A DNA stretch of 37,730 bases from a bacterium (GCA_043800535.1 JAZDMV010000009.1:1-37730); one strand, 5' to 3'. Positions 1 through 9,361 are shown, counted from the stretch's first letter. The notes: a model not told the origin generated them from the letters alone. A program made the numbers and translations.

Positions 1-118
1 ACTTAGTTGACTGCTCATCTCCGTTGTTGTGCTGGGAAAATCTGCGTTTTAGATCGTTTGTAGAACCGATATATAGCTTTTTGTCTTTGGAACTTTTTAG
101 TATGTAGACATAAAACAT
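1..118 (-). CDS. GIY-YIG nuclease family protein, N-terminal part (runs off window start); not in ORF track
   Basis: Manual translation from ATG at 118: MFYVYILKSSKDKKLYIGSTNDLKRRFSQHNNGDEQSTK, with the YVYIL..LYIG.T.DL.RR..QHN signature. Confidence 0.9.
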   Translation of the reverse strand, partial: MFYVYILKSSKDKKLYIGSTNDLKRRFSQHNNGDEQSTK

Positions 119-137
119 ATCCTTTTCAAGTGAGGGG

Positions 138-611
138 TCAATATTTTTTTGTGTGGGCAGCGCATATGGCAACAGCTAAAGCATCTGCTGCGTCATCGGG
201 CTTGGGAATTTCTTTGAGGCAAAGAAGCGCCTTGACCATTTTTTGGACCTGTTGTTTTTCGGCGCGGCCATAGCCCGTGATGGCTTGTTTGACCTGGAGC
301 GGGGTAAACTCACAGACCGGTAATTTTAGGTTGGCGGCCGCTAAAATAGCAACGCCGCGCGCCTGAGAAACGGCGATGACCGTCTTTGAGTTTTTAAAAA
401 AGAAAATCTGCTCAATGGCCAGGCAATCCGGCTTATGTTTTTTTATAATGTCGATAAGCCCGTCATAAATGATCTTAAGGCGCTGGTCAGGATTCTGGCC
501 TTTGTCCGTTTCCAAACAGCCAAAGGCAATAAGGCGGCTTTCGTTTTTTTCGATTTTAATTAGTCCGTAACCTAGGCGGGCGGTGCCAGGGTCGATGCCG
601 AGGATTACCAT
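138..611 (-). CDS. ruvC: Holliday junction resolvase RuvC
   Basis: ILGIDPG, AIEQIFF, QARGV, PKPDDAADALAVA motifs. Confidence 0.97.
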   Translation of the reverse strand: MVILGIDPGTARLGYGLIKIEKNESRLIAFGCLETDKGQNPDQRLKIIYDGLIDIIKKHKPDCLAIEQIFFFKNSKTVIAVSQARGVAILAAANLKLPVCEFTPLQVKQAITGYGRAEKQQVQKMVKALLCLKEIPKPDDAADALAVAICAAHTKKY

Positions 612-615
612 TTGA

Positions 616-699
616 TAGCAACTAGCGACTAGAGGTTAGCGACTAGTGAGAAGTAAAATTCTATTTATACTAGTGGCTATTCGCTAGTTGCTAGTCGCT
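616..699. repeat. Two oppositely oriented imperfect heptamer arrays
   Basis: tagcaac tagcgac tagaggt tagcgac tagtgag (616-650) and tagtggc tattcgc tagttgc tagtcgc (671-698); the second array supplies the yebC C-terminus SATSN*. Confidence 0.75.
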
Positions 700-1424
700 G
701 ATAAGTTTGAATATATTTCGTTGACGTCATCATTCTCATCCAGCGCCTCAAAGAGTTTTTCGAGCGTCTGCCTGAGTTTCTCGTCCGTGATCTCGATCTC
801 GGTTTTGGCGACCCAGTTAAGCTCGGCTGACTCGGCTTTTACTTTTTTTGCTTCCAGCGCCCGCTTAACTTTTTCTAATTCCTCGGGTTTTGTATAAACA
901 TCAAATTCTTCCTCATTCTGCCAGCGTAGGTCCTGTGCCCCGCAGTCAATGACTAAAAGTTCAAGGTCGTCTTTCGGGATCTGATTGTCCGGAAAGTTTA
1001 TCTGGATTACCCCTTTACGCTCAAACAGATAATTGACGCCGCCTGTCTCTGCCATTTTGCCGCCGTGTTGCGAAAGAAAATATTTTATTTCCGAGACCGT
1101 CCGGTTTTTGTTGTCGGTTATAGCTTCAATTATAAGCGCTACGCCAGCAGGGCCATACGCCTCAATAGTAAGTTCTTCAATTTTTGCTCCCTCAAGTTCG
1201 CCAGTTCCTTTTTTTATAGCCCGTTCAATATTTTCGTTGGGCATATTAAAGGAGCGGGCTTTTTCAGTGATCATTTTTAACTGCGGGTTGGCACTTGTGT
1301 CGCCGCCCTTTTGACGCGCCGCGATCGTGATCTGGTTTGAAAACTTGCTAAAAAGCTTGCCCTTTTTGACGTCATTAATTCCCTTCTTATGTTTTATCTG
1401 GCTCCATTTGGAATGCCCGGACAT
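684..1424 (-). CDS. yebC: YebC/PmpR family protein (start moved to MSGHSKW)
   Basis: MSGHSKW..IKHKK, EAYGPAG, TDNKNRT, DDVNEIYSN; adjacent to ruvC. Confidence 0.96.
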   Translation of the reverse strand: MSGHSKWSQIKHKKGINDVKKGKLFSKFSNQITIAARQKGGDTSANPQLKMITEKARSFNMPNENIERAIKKGTGELEGAKIEELTIEAYGPAGVALIIEAITDNKNRTVSEIKYFLSQHGGKMAETGGVNYLFERKGVIQINFPDNQIPKDDLELLVIDCGAQDLRWQNEEEFDVYTKPEELEKVKRALEAKKVKAESAELNWVAKTEIEITDEKLRQTLEKLFEALDENDDVNEIYSNLSATSN

Positions 1425-1433
1425 GACACGAAG

Positions 1434-1521
1434 TGTCATCCCGAGGAGTGTAACGACGAAGGGATCCCGTGAGACGCAGTTGTTGCACGGGATTGCTTCG
1501 GCCTTCGGCCTCGCAATGACA
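1434..1521. repeat. TGTCAT...ATGACA palindromic element (REP/RPE-like)
   Basis: tgtcatcccgagg...gggatcccgtg...cacgggattgcttcggccttcggcctcgcaatgaca; same ends as copies at 24296, 26800, 27965, 29707, 22703. Confidence 0.85.
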
Positions 1522-1544
1522 TACGTTTAAAATATCACCTTAGT

Positions 1545-2939
1545 TTATTTATTGTCAATGGATTTTTTATGCCTGAAATAGGCCAGGCCCAGGCCGGACG
1601 CAAGGGACAGAACAGTAACAATACCCAAAAGCAGGGCCAGCGGCGGAGAAGCGGATTTTTGGGGCTGGTTGGCGGCGGGAATATCATTTTGCTGCGCTAT
1701 AGGGCTGGCAAAAAGGTTGAGGGATGATGTTTTGTTCGTTTGGCTTGCCTCCTGTACAATGGGCGCGTTTTGGGCCGTAGCTTCTATCACTTGTTCGGAA
1801 AGAGCAACGGGATCGGCTGGCAGAGGCAGGGCAGCCTTTTGGGTCATTGAGGCGGTTGATTTTTTGTTTGGCTGGCCGGGCGTTGGCTGATTTGTCCAGA
1901 ACCAGAGGCCAGCTTCAAAGCGGGCTGATGAAAATCCCTTCTTGGCGTTTTTATAAGAAACAGAATGGACTATTTGCCCGTCTGGCCAGAGCAGCTGTAC
2001 TTGGTCGCCGCTGTTATTCAAAATATCTTTGTTTAACTCAATGACAAGAAGGTCGTTTGGCTCAATTAGCGTGCCTTCGGGAATTTTTTGGCTGGCGCTT
2101 CCTTCTGGCCCGTCATCGATCTGCCAGGCAGAAAGATCTATTGTGTTGCTGTCGGTGTTCGTTAATTCAATCCATTCTTTTCCGTCGCTCGGCCAGGGAA
2201 GAAACTCGTTGATTAGAATTTTGTCGGAGAAATTATTTATAGCGGGCTGGCTGGATGAGGCGTTATCTGCTTGCTCCTGGAGCACTTCATTCCCCAGTTG
2301 ATTTTCTTGTTGCGGGCTTGCGTTGCTGTTCGTATTTGCATTTGTAGAATTAGGATTGTTTAGCAACGGTAAATTATAGATTTCCCAATCGTTGACTGAG
2401 TTTGAATCTTGGCCGTCTTTTTTTAACCGAAGGGTCTGATTTTCTCCGGGAGCCGGCAAAAATTGCTCTTTCGGCCAAATGCCGGCTGAAGCCGCTGTTG
2501 CTTCAAGTGACTGGCCGGCTTTGCCGTATTCAACATAATCAATGATAGTGTCTTTATTGCGTTCGCCGGATTTAAAAAGAGCGATGAAGCCGGAGCTGTT
2601 GCCGATATTCGTATCAATGGCCGCGGCGCTGGTAAAAATTTCATTGGCCGTGTTTTGTCCGTCAGCGCGCCAGTGGATAAGTAAAAAAGAATTGGGTGGA
2701 AGAGAAAGAGAGGGGAGGGTGAAATATTTGCCCGACCCGTTGATCTGCCAGCCGGTCAGATCAGTTTCTTGGCTTGAAGAATTAAAAAGCTTGATCCATT
2801 CTTTGCCGGTGTCGTTTGAGCCGGCCGGGTCTGAAAAAAGTTCGTTTATCACGACTTGGGCATAAGAGTTTTCTGGCAAAATAAAAAAAATCGCAAAAAC
2901 TGCGATTACCAAAAATTTTTTAAGAGACGCGGTTGCCAT
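1545..2939 (-). CDS. Secreted/membrane-anchored protein with two lamin-tail domains (start likely MATASLKK)
   Basis: Signal peptide; VVINELFSDP..EWIKLFN..DLTGWQI and ILINEFLPWP..EWIELTN..DLSAWQI; C-terminal TM helix plus basic tail. The longer track start overlaps the upstream gene. Confidence 0.82.
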   Translation of the reverse strand: MATASLKKFLVIAVFAIFFILPENSYAQVVINELFSDPAGSNDTGKEWIKLFNSSSQETDLTGWQINGSGKYFTLPSLSLPPNSFLLIHWRADGQNTANEIFTSAAAIDTNIGNSSGFIALFKSGERNKDTIIDYVEYGKAGQSLEATAASAGIWPKEQFLPAPGENQTLRLKKDGQDSNSVNDWEIYNLPLLNNPNSTNANTNSNASPQQENQLGNEVLQEQADNASSSQPAINNFSDKILINEFLPWPSDGKEWIELTNTDSNTIDLSAWQIDDGPEGSASQKIPEGTLIEPNDLLVIELNKDILNNSGDQVQLLWPDGQIVHSVSYKNAKKGFSSARFEAGLWFWTNQPTPGQPNKKSTASMTQKAALPLPADPVALSEQVIEATAQNAPIVQEASQTNKTSSLNLFASPIAQQNDIPAANQPQKSASPPLALLLGIVTVLSLASGLGLAYFRHKKSIDNK

Positions 2940-2943
2940 CTTT

Positions 2944-3486
2944 TTAGGTATGATGAGCGATATTTTCAAAAAAATTGCGGTGCAGGCCCGAAAGAAGGTT
3001 CTGTGTCTGATAAGGGTCGGGAATGTCCTGAAAAATAAAGACATTGGTATCCTGCTGGGCCTCAAAAGTGCCGGCTGTGCGCACTTCAAGATCGCCATAA
3101 TTGATAAAAGTTTTAATGACGCCTTTTACCTTAACAGTTATATCCTGGACGCGGGAAAAGCTGAGTTCCGAAACTTCGCGCCTGAAAAGCGCTTTTTGCG
3201 AAGTGCTGATAATGCGCTGATTGGTGACCACCCAGAAGTCAAGATAATAATTCACCCATAAGACCGCCATGCCTCCCCAGACAAACAGCCACCAGAGGGA
3301 AGAAAGAAGCCAGAATAATTTTTGGGCAAACAGAACTGACATATCAAAACGCATAGAGAGGAAAAACCAGGCGATGGCAGGCAGGATAAAAAGTGGCACC
3401 AACCTTAAAAGTACCAGCGTCAAAACAAACCAATGGCGGCGTAGGCAGATAACGATTTTTTCGTCGGGTTTGAGTTCAAAAAACAT
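2944..3486 (-). CDS. Bacterial PH-domain membrane protein
   Basis: RRHWF, two TM helices, WVVTNQRII..LFRREVSEL..VQDITV..NYGDLEVRTAG. Confidence 0.85.
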   Translation of the reverse strand: MFFELKPDEKIVICLRRHWFVLTLVLLRLVPLFILPAIAWFFLSMRFDMSVLFAQKLFWLLSSLWWLFVWGGMAVLWVNYYLDFWVVTNQRIISTSQKALFRREVSELSFSRVQDITVKVKGVIKTFINYGDLEVRTAGTFEAQQDTNVFIFQDIPDPYQTQNLLSGLHRNFFENIAHHT

Positions 3487-3492
3487 ACATTT

Positions 3493-3696
3493 TTAAACAG
3501 TTGGTATCGGCAGGGACGTGAAAAAAGAAATCGACAGTATTATAAAAAACAGCGAGCCGGCGATAAAAAGAAGTGCGGATTCAACGTTCAGATCTCCCGG
3601 CCAGCGGTATTTTTTTAAGTGATATAAAATCGCCAGGCCAAATACGATATAGACGGTGATTAGGAAATTAAAAATGATCAGAGCGGCGGTTGCCAT
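3493..3696 (-). CDS. Small two-TM membrane protein
   Basis: Two hydrophobic segments; co-oriented and closely spaced with the PH gene. Confidence 0.7.
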   Translation of the reverse strand: MATAALIIFNFLITVYIVFGLAILYHLKKYRWPGDLNVESALLFIAGSLFFIILSISFFTSLPIPTV

Positions 3697-3706
3697 ATTT
3701 TTTTAA

Positions 3707-3896
3707 GCTACTTTTCTGGCAGCAGAAAAGTAGCCAAAAGACTGCTTGCAGCTGAAAATTTTGATAAAATCATAGCTCGTCTCACTAAAAATTACCTCGT
3801 AAACTTCTCGCTACGCTCGTCGCTCGGCAATTTTTCCCGCCAGCTGGCGGGACGCTTGCCTCGCCGCGATTTTCTGACAAAATTTTCAGATGCAAG
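3707..3896. repeat. ~190-bp structured dispersed element, copy 1 (with nested tcccgccagctggcggga palindrome)
   Basis: 39-bp core at 3795-3833 is identical to 21551-21589; similar hairpins and ends. Confidence 0.85.
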
Positions 3897-3912
3897 GATA
3901 AGAAAATATTTA

Positions 3913-4935
3913 TTAAAGAAGTTTTTTTTGATAATCTGTCGGACATTTGATGCCTAGATGCCCCCAGGCCTCGCGGGAAGCCATCCGTCCGCGGGTGGTG
4001 CGGAGCAAAAAGCCAAGCTGCATAAGATAAGGTTCGTAGACGTCTGTCAGCGTGTCTTCTTCTTCGTTCGTCGCCGCGGCGAGCGTCTGCAGACCAACAG
4101 GCCCGCCGTCAAACTTTTCAATTATGATTTTTAATATTTGCCGGTCAACCGGCTCAAGGCCGAGCTCGTCAACCTCGAGCATTTTTAAAGCCGCTTGAGC
4201 CAGCTCATTTGTTATTTTGCCATCTCCTTTAACCTGGGCAAAATCGCGCACGCGTTTCAATAGTCGGTTGGCCACGCGCGGGGTGAAACGGCAGCAGCGG
4301 GCGATTGTGGCAATGGAGTCTTTTTCAATCGCGGTTTTTAAAATTCTGGCCGAACGTTCAACTATTTTTTCCATGTCAGAAAAAGCGTAAAAATCCAAGC
4401 GGAAGCTTAGGCCGAAGCGCGAACGGAGCGGGGCTGAAAGCAGACCTGGCCGAGTCGTAGCGGCGATTAAAGTAAAGCGGGGGAGGTCCAGCTGAAGAGT
4501 TCTGGCCGATGGGCCTTTACCGATAACGATATCAAGCTTGTAGTCCTCCATAGCTGGATAAAGTACTTCTTCAATGAGTTTGTTTAAGCGGTGTGCTTCG
4601 TCAACAAAAAGAACGTCGCCGTCAGAAAGATTGGTCAAAATTGAGCCCAAATCGCCGACCCGTTCAATGGCCGGGCCGGAGGTGACTTTTAAGCCGACAT
4701 TCATCTCATAGGCGATAATATGTGCGAGTGTTGTTTTACCCAGGCCCGAAGCGCCCGATAAAAGAAGGTGTTCAATCGGCTCTTTTCGCTGCTTTGCCGC
4801 CTCAATCAGGATTTTAAGCGATTCTTTGGTCTTTTCCTGGCCTAAATAATCCTTGAAGGTCTTTGGCCTTAAGGTTTGGTCCAGGGATTGGTCTTCGCCG
4901 GTTAAATGGGGGTCGGTTAAGTGCGGGCTTGACAT
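3913..4935 (-). CDS. ruvB: Holliday junction branch migration helicase RuvB
   Basis: [57 protein letters not shown]. Confidence 0.98.
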   Translation of the reverse strand: MSSPHLTDPHLTGEDQSLDQTLRPKTFKDYLGQEKTKESLKILIEAAKQRKEPIEHLLLSGASGLGKTTLAHIIAYEMNVGLKVTSGPAIERVGDLGSILTNLSDGDVLFVDEAHRLNKLIEEVLYPAMEDYKLDIVIGKGPSARTLQLDLPRFTLIAATTRPGLLSAPLRSRFGLSFRLDFYAFSDMEKIVERSARILKTAIEKDSIATIARCCRFTPRVANRLLKRVRDFAQVKGDGKITNELAQAALKMLEVDELGLEPVDRQILKIIIEKFDGGPVGLQTLAAATNEEEDTLTDVYEPYLMQLGFLLRTTRGRMASREAWGHLGIKCPTDYQKKLL

Positions 4936-4957
4936 TTAATTGAAGATATGATAGAAT
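4929..4957 (+). promoter_or_regulatory. Candidate sigma70 promoter facing the structured RNA candidate
   Basis: TTGACA-17 bp-TAGAAT with extended TG; caveat: TTGACA coincides with the ruvB ATG-TCA codons. Confidence 0.5.
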
Positions 4958-5014
4958 GACCTATTAATTACGGAATTTTGGCTCTGCTGTCAGCTTTTTT
5001 GATAAGCTATTTTT

Positions 5015-5180
5015 AGCCCTCATTAACCTGTAGGCAATCAGGATTCTCTTTATCTGGGATCTTATTGGGGTTTTCCTTAGCACCTCCGGACGGCCTGGCT
5101 TTGGCTCGGTCACTCCTCGGGAAAACTTTTTCCTCTCTGTTTAACAGAGAGAGATTGCCTGCAGATTAATGGGGGTTTTT
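5015..5180 (+). ncRNA. Candidate structured RNA (~165 nt, possibly 6S-like)
   Basis: ~25-bp closing stem (agccctcattaacctgtaggcaatc / gattgcctgcagattaatgggggtt), two side hairpins, apical stem gttttcc/ggaaaac; most mismatches read as G-U on +; followed by a T-run. Confidence 0.5.
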
Positions 5181-5257
5181 AGTTTGCTCAAAGGTTTTAT
5201 TTTGTATATTTTATCATTATATTCGTGGATATTATATAGCCAGATTTCAGTGCGGCG

Positions 5258-5587
5258 TTATGCTCCGATTCTGGCGGCGTAGTTAAAGGCATAAAAATAA
5301 TTATGCCATTTTTGATCGTTGGAGCCGTAAATGTTTTTAAATTGAAAATAATCGGCCAAGACCTCTCTTAGACGCAAAAGCTCTTTTAAGCGCGAACGAT
5401 TTTTTTCATCATCCGTGGTTAGGTCTAAAAGCTCAAGCGCCCTTTCAAAAGCCGCCTGGCTGTAAGAAGAATTTTTATCGCGCCATTTGATGGCTCGCTC
5501 CACTTCGCTGCCGATATTGGCCGCCTGCTCAAAAAAGGATAATTCTTTCCATCGCCCTTGTGCCAAATTTTTATGCTGGTAGTCCAT
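5258..5587 (-). CDS. Conserved hypothetical helical protein (partner of the DUF5674-like gene; start likely MDYQHK)
   Basis: GRW..LSF.EQ.ANIGSEVERA..AFERALELLDLT pattern; directly downstream of the DUF5674-like gene. Confidence 0.75.
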   Translation of the reverse strand: MDYQHKNLAQGRWKELSFFEQAANIGSEVERAIKWRDKNSSYSQAAFERALELLDLTTDDEKNRSRLKELLRLREVLADYFQFKNIYGSNDQKWHNYFYAFNYAARIGA

Positions 5588-5609
5588 TGTATCAATGCGT
5601 CCACGCAAA

Positions 5610-5969
5610 TCATTTCTTGACTAATTTATTTACGATTTGAATAATTTTTTTTCTTATTTCTTCGCTGTCCACGCCTCGGCCTCGGTTGTTAAATTGAGGC
5701 TTTAAATTAATCAGGGAATCAAATTCAATCCATTCTTCATCTGATATATCAGGATAAATATTGATGCCCCAGACATTTTCACGCTTTGAGCCTCTTTCGG
5801 TCAGAACAGCTTCTTCATCAGCGTGCAATTCTCCGTCAACTGCCATAATTTCCTTTTCAACGTCAACCACCGCCTTGATCAAATTGCCGAACATATTTTT
5901 TGCCATTTCTCTTAATTCTTCGATTGTAATTTGGTTTTCAACAATTTTCATGGGGATTATTTTATTCAA
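5610..5969 (-). CDS. DUF5674-like protein
   Basis: KAVVDV..AVDGELHADEE..GS..NVWGINIYP..EFDSLINLKP..N. Confidence 0.75.
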   Translation of the reverse strand: MNKIIPMKIVENQITIEELREMAKNMFGNLIKAVVDVEKEIMAVDGELHADEEAVLTERGSKRENVWGINIYPDISDEEWIEFDSLINLKPQFNNRGRGVDSEEIRKKIIQIVNKLVKK

Positions 5970-5988
5970 GGAGAAAATAATAATTGAA

Positions 5989-6070
5989 TGGCTCGGTCGC
6001 TCCTCGGGAAAACTTTTTCCTCTCTGTTTAACAGAGAGAGATTGCCTGCAGATTAATGGGGGTTTTTAGT
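5989..6070 (+). repeat. 82-bp direct repeat of 5102-5183 (81/82 identical)
   Basis: Direct comparison; single a/g difference. Confidence 0.95.
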
Positions 6071-6316
6071 CCCTGTTGCTATTTTATCTCGTCTGACTCT
6101 CGCGATAACATAGCCAATAAATCCGCCAACTAAGGCGTAAAATAACATAATCGTCATCCCTCCTTCGGATGGCGTTCCGCCGAGGCTCATCACTAAGTCA
6201 AACGGGAACAATATATCGTTTAATGGACGGATGAAAAATATAGCTACAATTATTAGCAGGGGCGCGATAAAAAAACCTAATATAAAATAGATAATTACTT
6301 TTTTATAGCTTTTCAT
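6053..6316 (-). CDS. Small AT-rich membrane protein; last codons and stop come from the 82-bp repeat
   Basis: Two TM segments; TKNPH* is encoded by the repeat. Confidence 0.65.
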   Translation of the reverse strand: MKSYKKVIIYFILGFFIAPLLIIVAIFFIRPLNDILFPFDLVMSLGGTPSEGGMTIMLFYALVGGFIGYVIARVRRDKIATGTKNPH

Positions 6317-6337
6317 AATTTATTAATTATTTGATAT

Positions 6338-9300
6338 TTAAATCTCTGCTTTTCCTAATTCTCCCGTCACTCTTTCTATCTCTTCGATCGTCGTCAATCC
6401 GTCCAGCGCTTTTAACAGTCCGTCCTGGCGCAGGGTTAACATGCCGGCCGCCTGGGCGGCTTTTTTAATTTCCAGGGTTTGGGCGCCTTTGGCAATGATC
6501 GTCTGTAAATTCTCGTCTTTCAATAAAATTTCATAAAGACCCATCTGGCCCCAGTAGCCGAAGTTCTTGCATTTTTTGCAGCCCTTTGGTTTGTATAAAG
6601 TGATGCTGGAAAGATTCGGCGTTTTGATGATTTTTGGCAGATTAGCCAGATTGGTTTTTATTGCTGTTGCAATTTTGGCGTCCGGCTTATATGTTTTTTT
6701 GCAGTCAGGGCATAATTTTCGCACGAGCCGTTGTGCCATAATCGCGTTGATGGCAGATGAAATATCGCCGGCAGAAATGCCAAGATTTATTAGCCGTTGC
6801 ACCGTGCTGGAAGCGTCATTTGTGTGGAGCGTGGAAATAACTAAGTGGCCGGTGAGCGAGGCCTGAATGGCGATTTTAGCTGTTTCTTCATCTCGAATTT
6901 CGCCAAGCATAATTATGTTGGGGTTCTGGCGCAGAAATGATTTTAGCGCCTTGCCAAAAGTATAGCCAGATGCTTCATCGATCTGCGTCTGGATGATGCC
7001 CGAAAGCCGGTATTCAATCGGGTCTTCAATCGTCATAATCTTGACGCCAGGCGCGTTGAGTTTTTGCAAAATGCCATAAAGCGTTGTCGTTTTGCCGGAA
7101 CCCGTTGGACCGGTGGTTAAAATAACGCCGGTTGGTTTACGGATCTCTTTTTCAAGCAGGGGATAGATTTCTTCTCTTATGCCCATAGCGCGCAAATCCA
7201 GACCCCCTTCTTTTGAAACAACGTCCTGGGACAAACCCAGAATTCTGATAACCGCTGTTTCGCCGTAACCGCCGGCAATGATCGAAAGGCGCACGTCAAG
7301 GTTGGCGCCGCCAAAGTCAATATTGAACCGGCCTTCCTGCACGCCTTTAAACTCCTTGGTTTTTAAGCCGGCCAGAATTTTTATTTCTCCAAGAAGCGGC
7401 AGGTGATAAATTTTTGGCAGTTTGGCAATATCCTGCAAAATTCCGTCAATCCGGCAGCGGACCATAAGGTCGCCGGCGGTTGGCTCAATATGTATATCGG
7501 TTGAGCGGAGAAGCAGGGAGAAAGCAAGAATGTCGTTAAAAATATCTTCCTGGTTGGCCGCAGACAAAACTTTTTCAACCTTTTCTTTTTCCGTGGCGAT
7601 CTTTTCGTATTTTTCTTTTTTCTCTTTGGTAATTGTGATGCCGCGCGTGAGCGACTGGGAAGAGGCGCGTTCATAAAGTTCTTCAAGGTATCCCGGTTTG
7701 CCGACTGCCCGTTCAACTTCTTCCAGATCGGTTATTCCTTCAAGGCATCTTAAGACACCGTCCTGATATAGAGTGAGCATGCCCGCGTCAACCGCGGAAA
7801 CCAGAATTTCAAAGGCCGAGGCGCGGCTTAAGATCAATTTTCTGATTTCTTCGTTCATGGTCAAGACCTCAAAAAGCGGCTGGCGGCCTTTGTAGCGCAG
7901 GCCAAAGCAGGCCGGACATCCTTTGCTCCGCCAAAGCTTACGGTCTTTTGGTATTTGGACTTTGGCACGGGGCGAAATAATAGAAAGAACCTTTTCGATT
8001 TTGAGCAGGGTTTCTTTGTCGGGTTCGTATTGTTCCTTGCATTCGGGACAGATCTTTCTGACCAAGCGTTGGGCAATAATGGCGTTTAGGGCGTCAGGCA
8101 AAGTTTTTATATCAACGCCCATGTCAATGATGCGAGAAATGGTGCTTGTAGCGTCGTTTGTGTGAAGTGTGGAAAAAACAAGATGGCCAGTCATCGCCGC
8201 CTGCAGGGTGATCTTGGCCGTTTCTTCATCTCTTATTTCGCCGACCATAACGACATTGGGATTCTGGCGCAGGATGGCGCGCAAGGCCTGGGCAAAAGAA
8301 TAATTTTTGCTGATCTGCGTCTGGACTATTCCGGCCAGGCGATACTCAACCGGGTCTTCGATCGTAATAATTTTGATCTTGGGATTATTAAGGTGGTTTA
8401 AAAACGCATAAAGCGTTGTCGTTTTGCCCGAGCCCGTCGGGCCGGTATTTAAAATAATGCCGTTTGGCTTCTGGACCTCCCGGACAAGAGAATTAAAAAC
8501 ATTTTCCCGCATGCCGATCTTTTCAATCTGCAATTTTTCAATGCCAGCGCCAAGAATTCTGATAACAACCGTTTCGGCGTTGCCTTCGGGCAGAATGGAA
8601 ACGCGGGTTTCCATTTCCTGTGTAATTTTTTTCTGGTCGCCTTCTTGTTGGGCTATTTGAATGGTGAAACGGCCGTCCTGGGCAACATCTTTGATGTTGA
8701 TCATCAGATCAGAAAGAAGTTTTATGCGGGTAAGCAGTGAGCTATAAACTTTTAAAGAAAAGCTTGCCACATCCTGCAGGACGCCGTCAATCCGGTAGCG
8801 CAGGCGGATTTCTTTGCCCGGCTCGATATGAATATCGCCAGCCCCAGTTTTTAGGGAGCCGGCGATAATAGTTTCCAAAATTTCAGTGGCTGAAAGCTTG
8901 ACGATGTGGTCTTTGAGTTCTGAAATATTTTTTACGCGCTGGTTAAATTCGTCAAGATATTGCTGGTCAATTCTGACGATGCCGACAAGCGGCACGTCTG
9001 AAACCTTGACGCGGTAGAATTTGAATGCCCGTTCCAGGCTCGAGAGGGAAATGACAAGTTGATTGATTTTGACACCCATTTTTTCGACCAGGGTTTTTAT
9101 GGCCGCCTGGGTGTCCGGGTCTTGCGGGTCAACGACACCGACAGTCACGCTGTCGGTTTGTTTTTTGAGAACAACGAGTTTGCCGGCCTTGGCATCTTTT
9201 TCTGACAAAGTGTAGAGAACCTCCCCGTCAATCGGAAAAATGCTCAAGTCCATGTAGGGGAGCGAGTATTTTTTGGCATGGCGTTCCGCTTCAGCCTCTT

Positions 9301-9361
9301 CCTGGCTGCGTTTCATTTCGCCCAATTTTTCGCTGATGCGGGTTATTTTTGAAATTGCCAT
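6338..9361 (-). CDS. GspE/PilB-family secretion ATPase with two complete ATPase modules
   Basis: Each motif occurs twice: DIHIEP, R.RIDG.LQD, GPTGSGKTTTLY, TIEDP.EY, GEIRDEET, TGHLV.STLHTND, AQRLVRK.CP.C...GC..C. Confidence 0.93.
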   Translation of the reverse strand: MAISKITRISEKLGEMKRSQEEAEAERHAKKYSLPYMDLSIFPIDGEVLYTLSEKDAKAGKLVVLKKQTDSVTVGVVDPQDPDTQAAIKTLVEKMGVKINQLVISLSSLERAFKFYRVKVSDVPLVGIVRIDQQYLDEFNQRVKNISELKDHIVKLSATEILETIIAGSLKTGAGDIHIEPGKEIRLRYRIDGVLQDVASFSLKVYSSLLTRIKLLSDLMINIKDVAQDGRFTIQIAQQEGDQKKITQEMETRVSILPEGNAETVVIRILGAGIEKLQIEKIGMRENVFNSLVREVQKPNGIILNTGPTGSGKTTTLYAFLNHLNNPKIKIITIEDPVEYRLAGIVQTQISKNYSFAQALRAILRQNPNVVMVGEIRDEETAKITLQAAMTGHLVFSTLHTNDATSTISRIIDMGVDIKTLPDALNAIIAQRLVRKICPECKEQYEPDKETLLKIEKVLSIISPRAKVQIPKDRKLWRSKGCPACFGLRYKGRQPLFEVLTMNEEIRKLILSRASAFEILVSAVDAGMLTLYQDGVLRCLEGITDLEEVERAVGKPGYLEELYERASSQSLTRGITITKEKKEKYEKIATEKEKVEKVLSAANQEDIFNDILAFSLLLRSTDIHIEPTAGDLMVRCRIDGILQDIAKLPKIYHLPLLGEIKILAGLKTKEFKGVQEGRFNIDFGGANLDVRLSIIAGGYGETAVIRILGLSQDVVSKEGGLDLRAMGIREEIYPLLEKEIRKPTGVILTTGPTGSGKTTTLYGILQKLNAPGVKIMTIEDPIEYRLSGIIQTQIDEASGYTFGKALKSFLRQNPNIIMLGEIRDEETAKIAIQASLTGHLVISTLHTNDASSTVQRLINLGISAGDISSAINAIMAQRLVRKLCPDCKKTYKPDAKIATAIKTNLANLPKIIKTPNLSSITLYKPKGCKKCKNFGYWGQMGLYEILLKDENLQTIIAKGAQTLEIKKAAQAAGMLTLRQDGLLKALDGLTTIEEIERVTGELGKAEI

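Noticed and set aside
616-699. Short repeats as a CRISPR array
   Set aside because: 7-bp period with no spacers; no cas operon (the Cas4-like motifs at 30705-33599 lack Cas4's Fe-S cysteine pattern and context)
4956-5016. Hydrophobic mini-frame INYGILALLSAFLISYF* before the RNA candidate
   Set aside because: No in-frame ATG or SD; too short to support
5102-6070. 82-bp repeat pair as a DGR template/variable repeat
   Set aside because: Only one mismatch, no reverse transcriptase in the window, and the repeat covers only five codons of a gene
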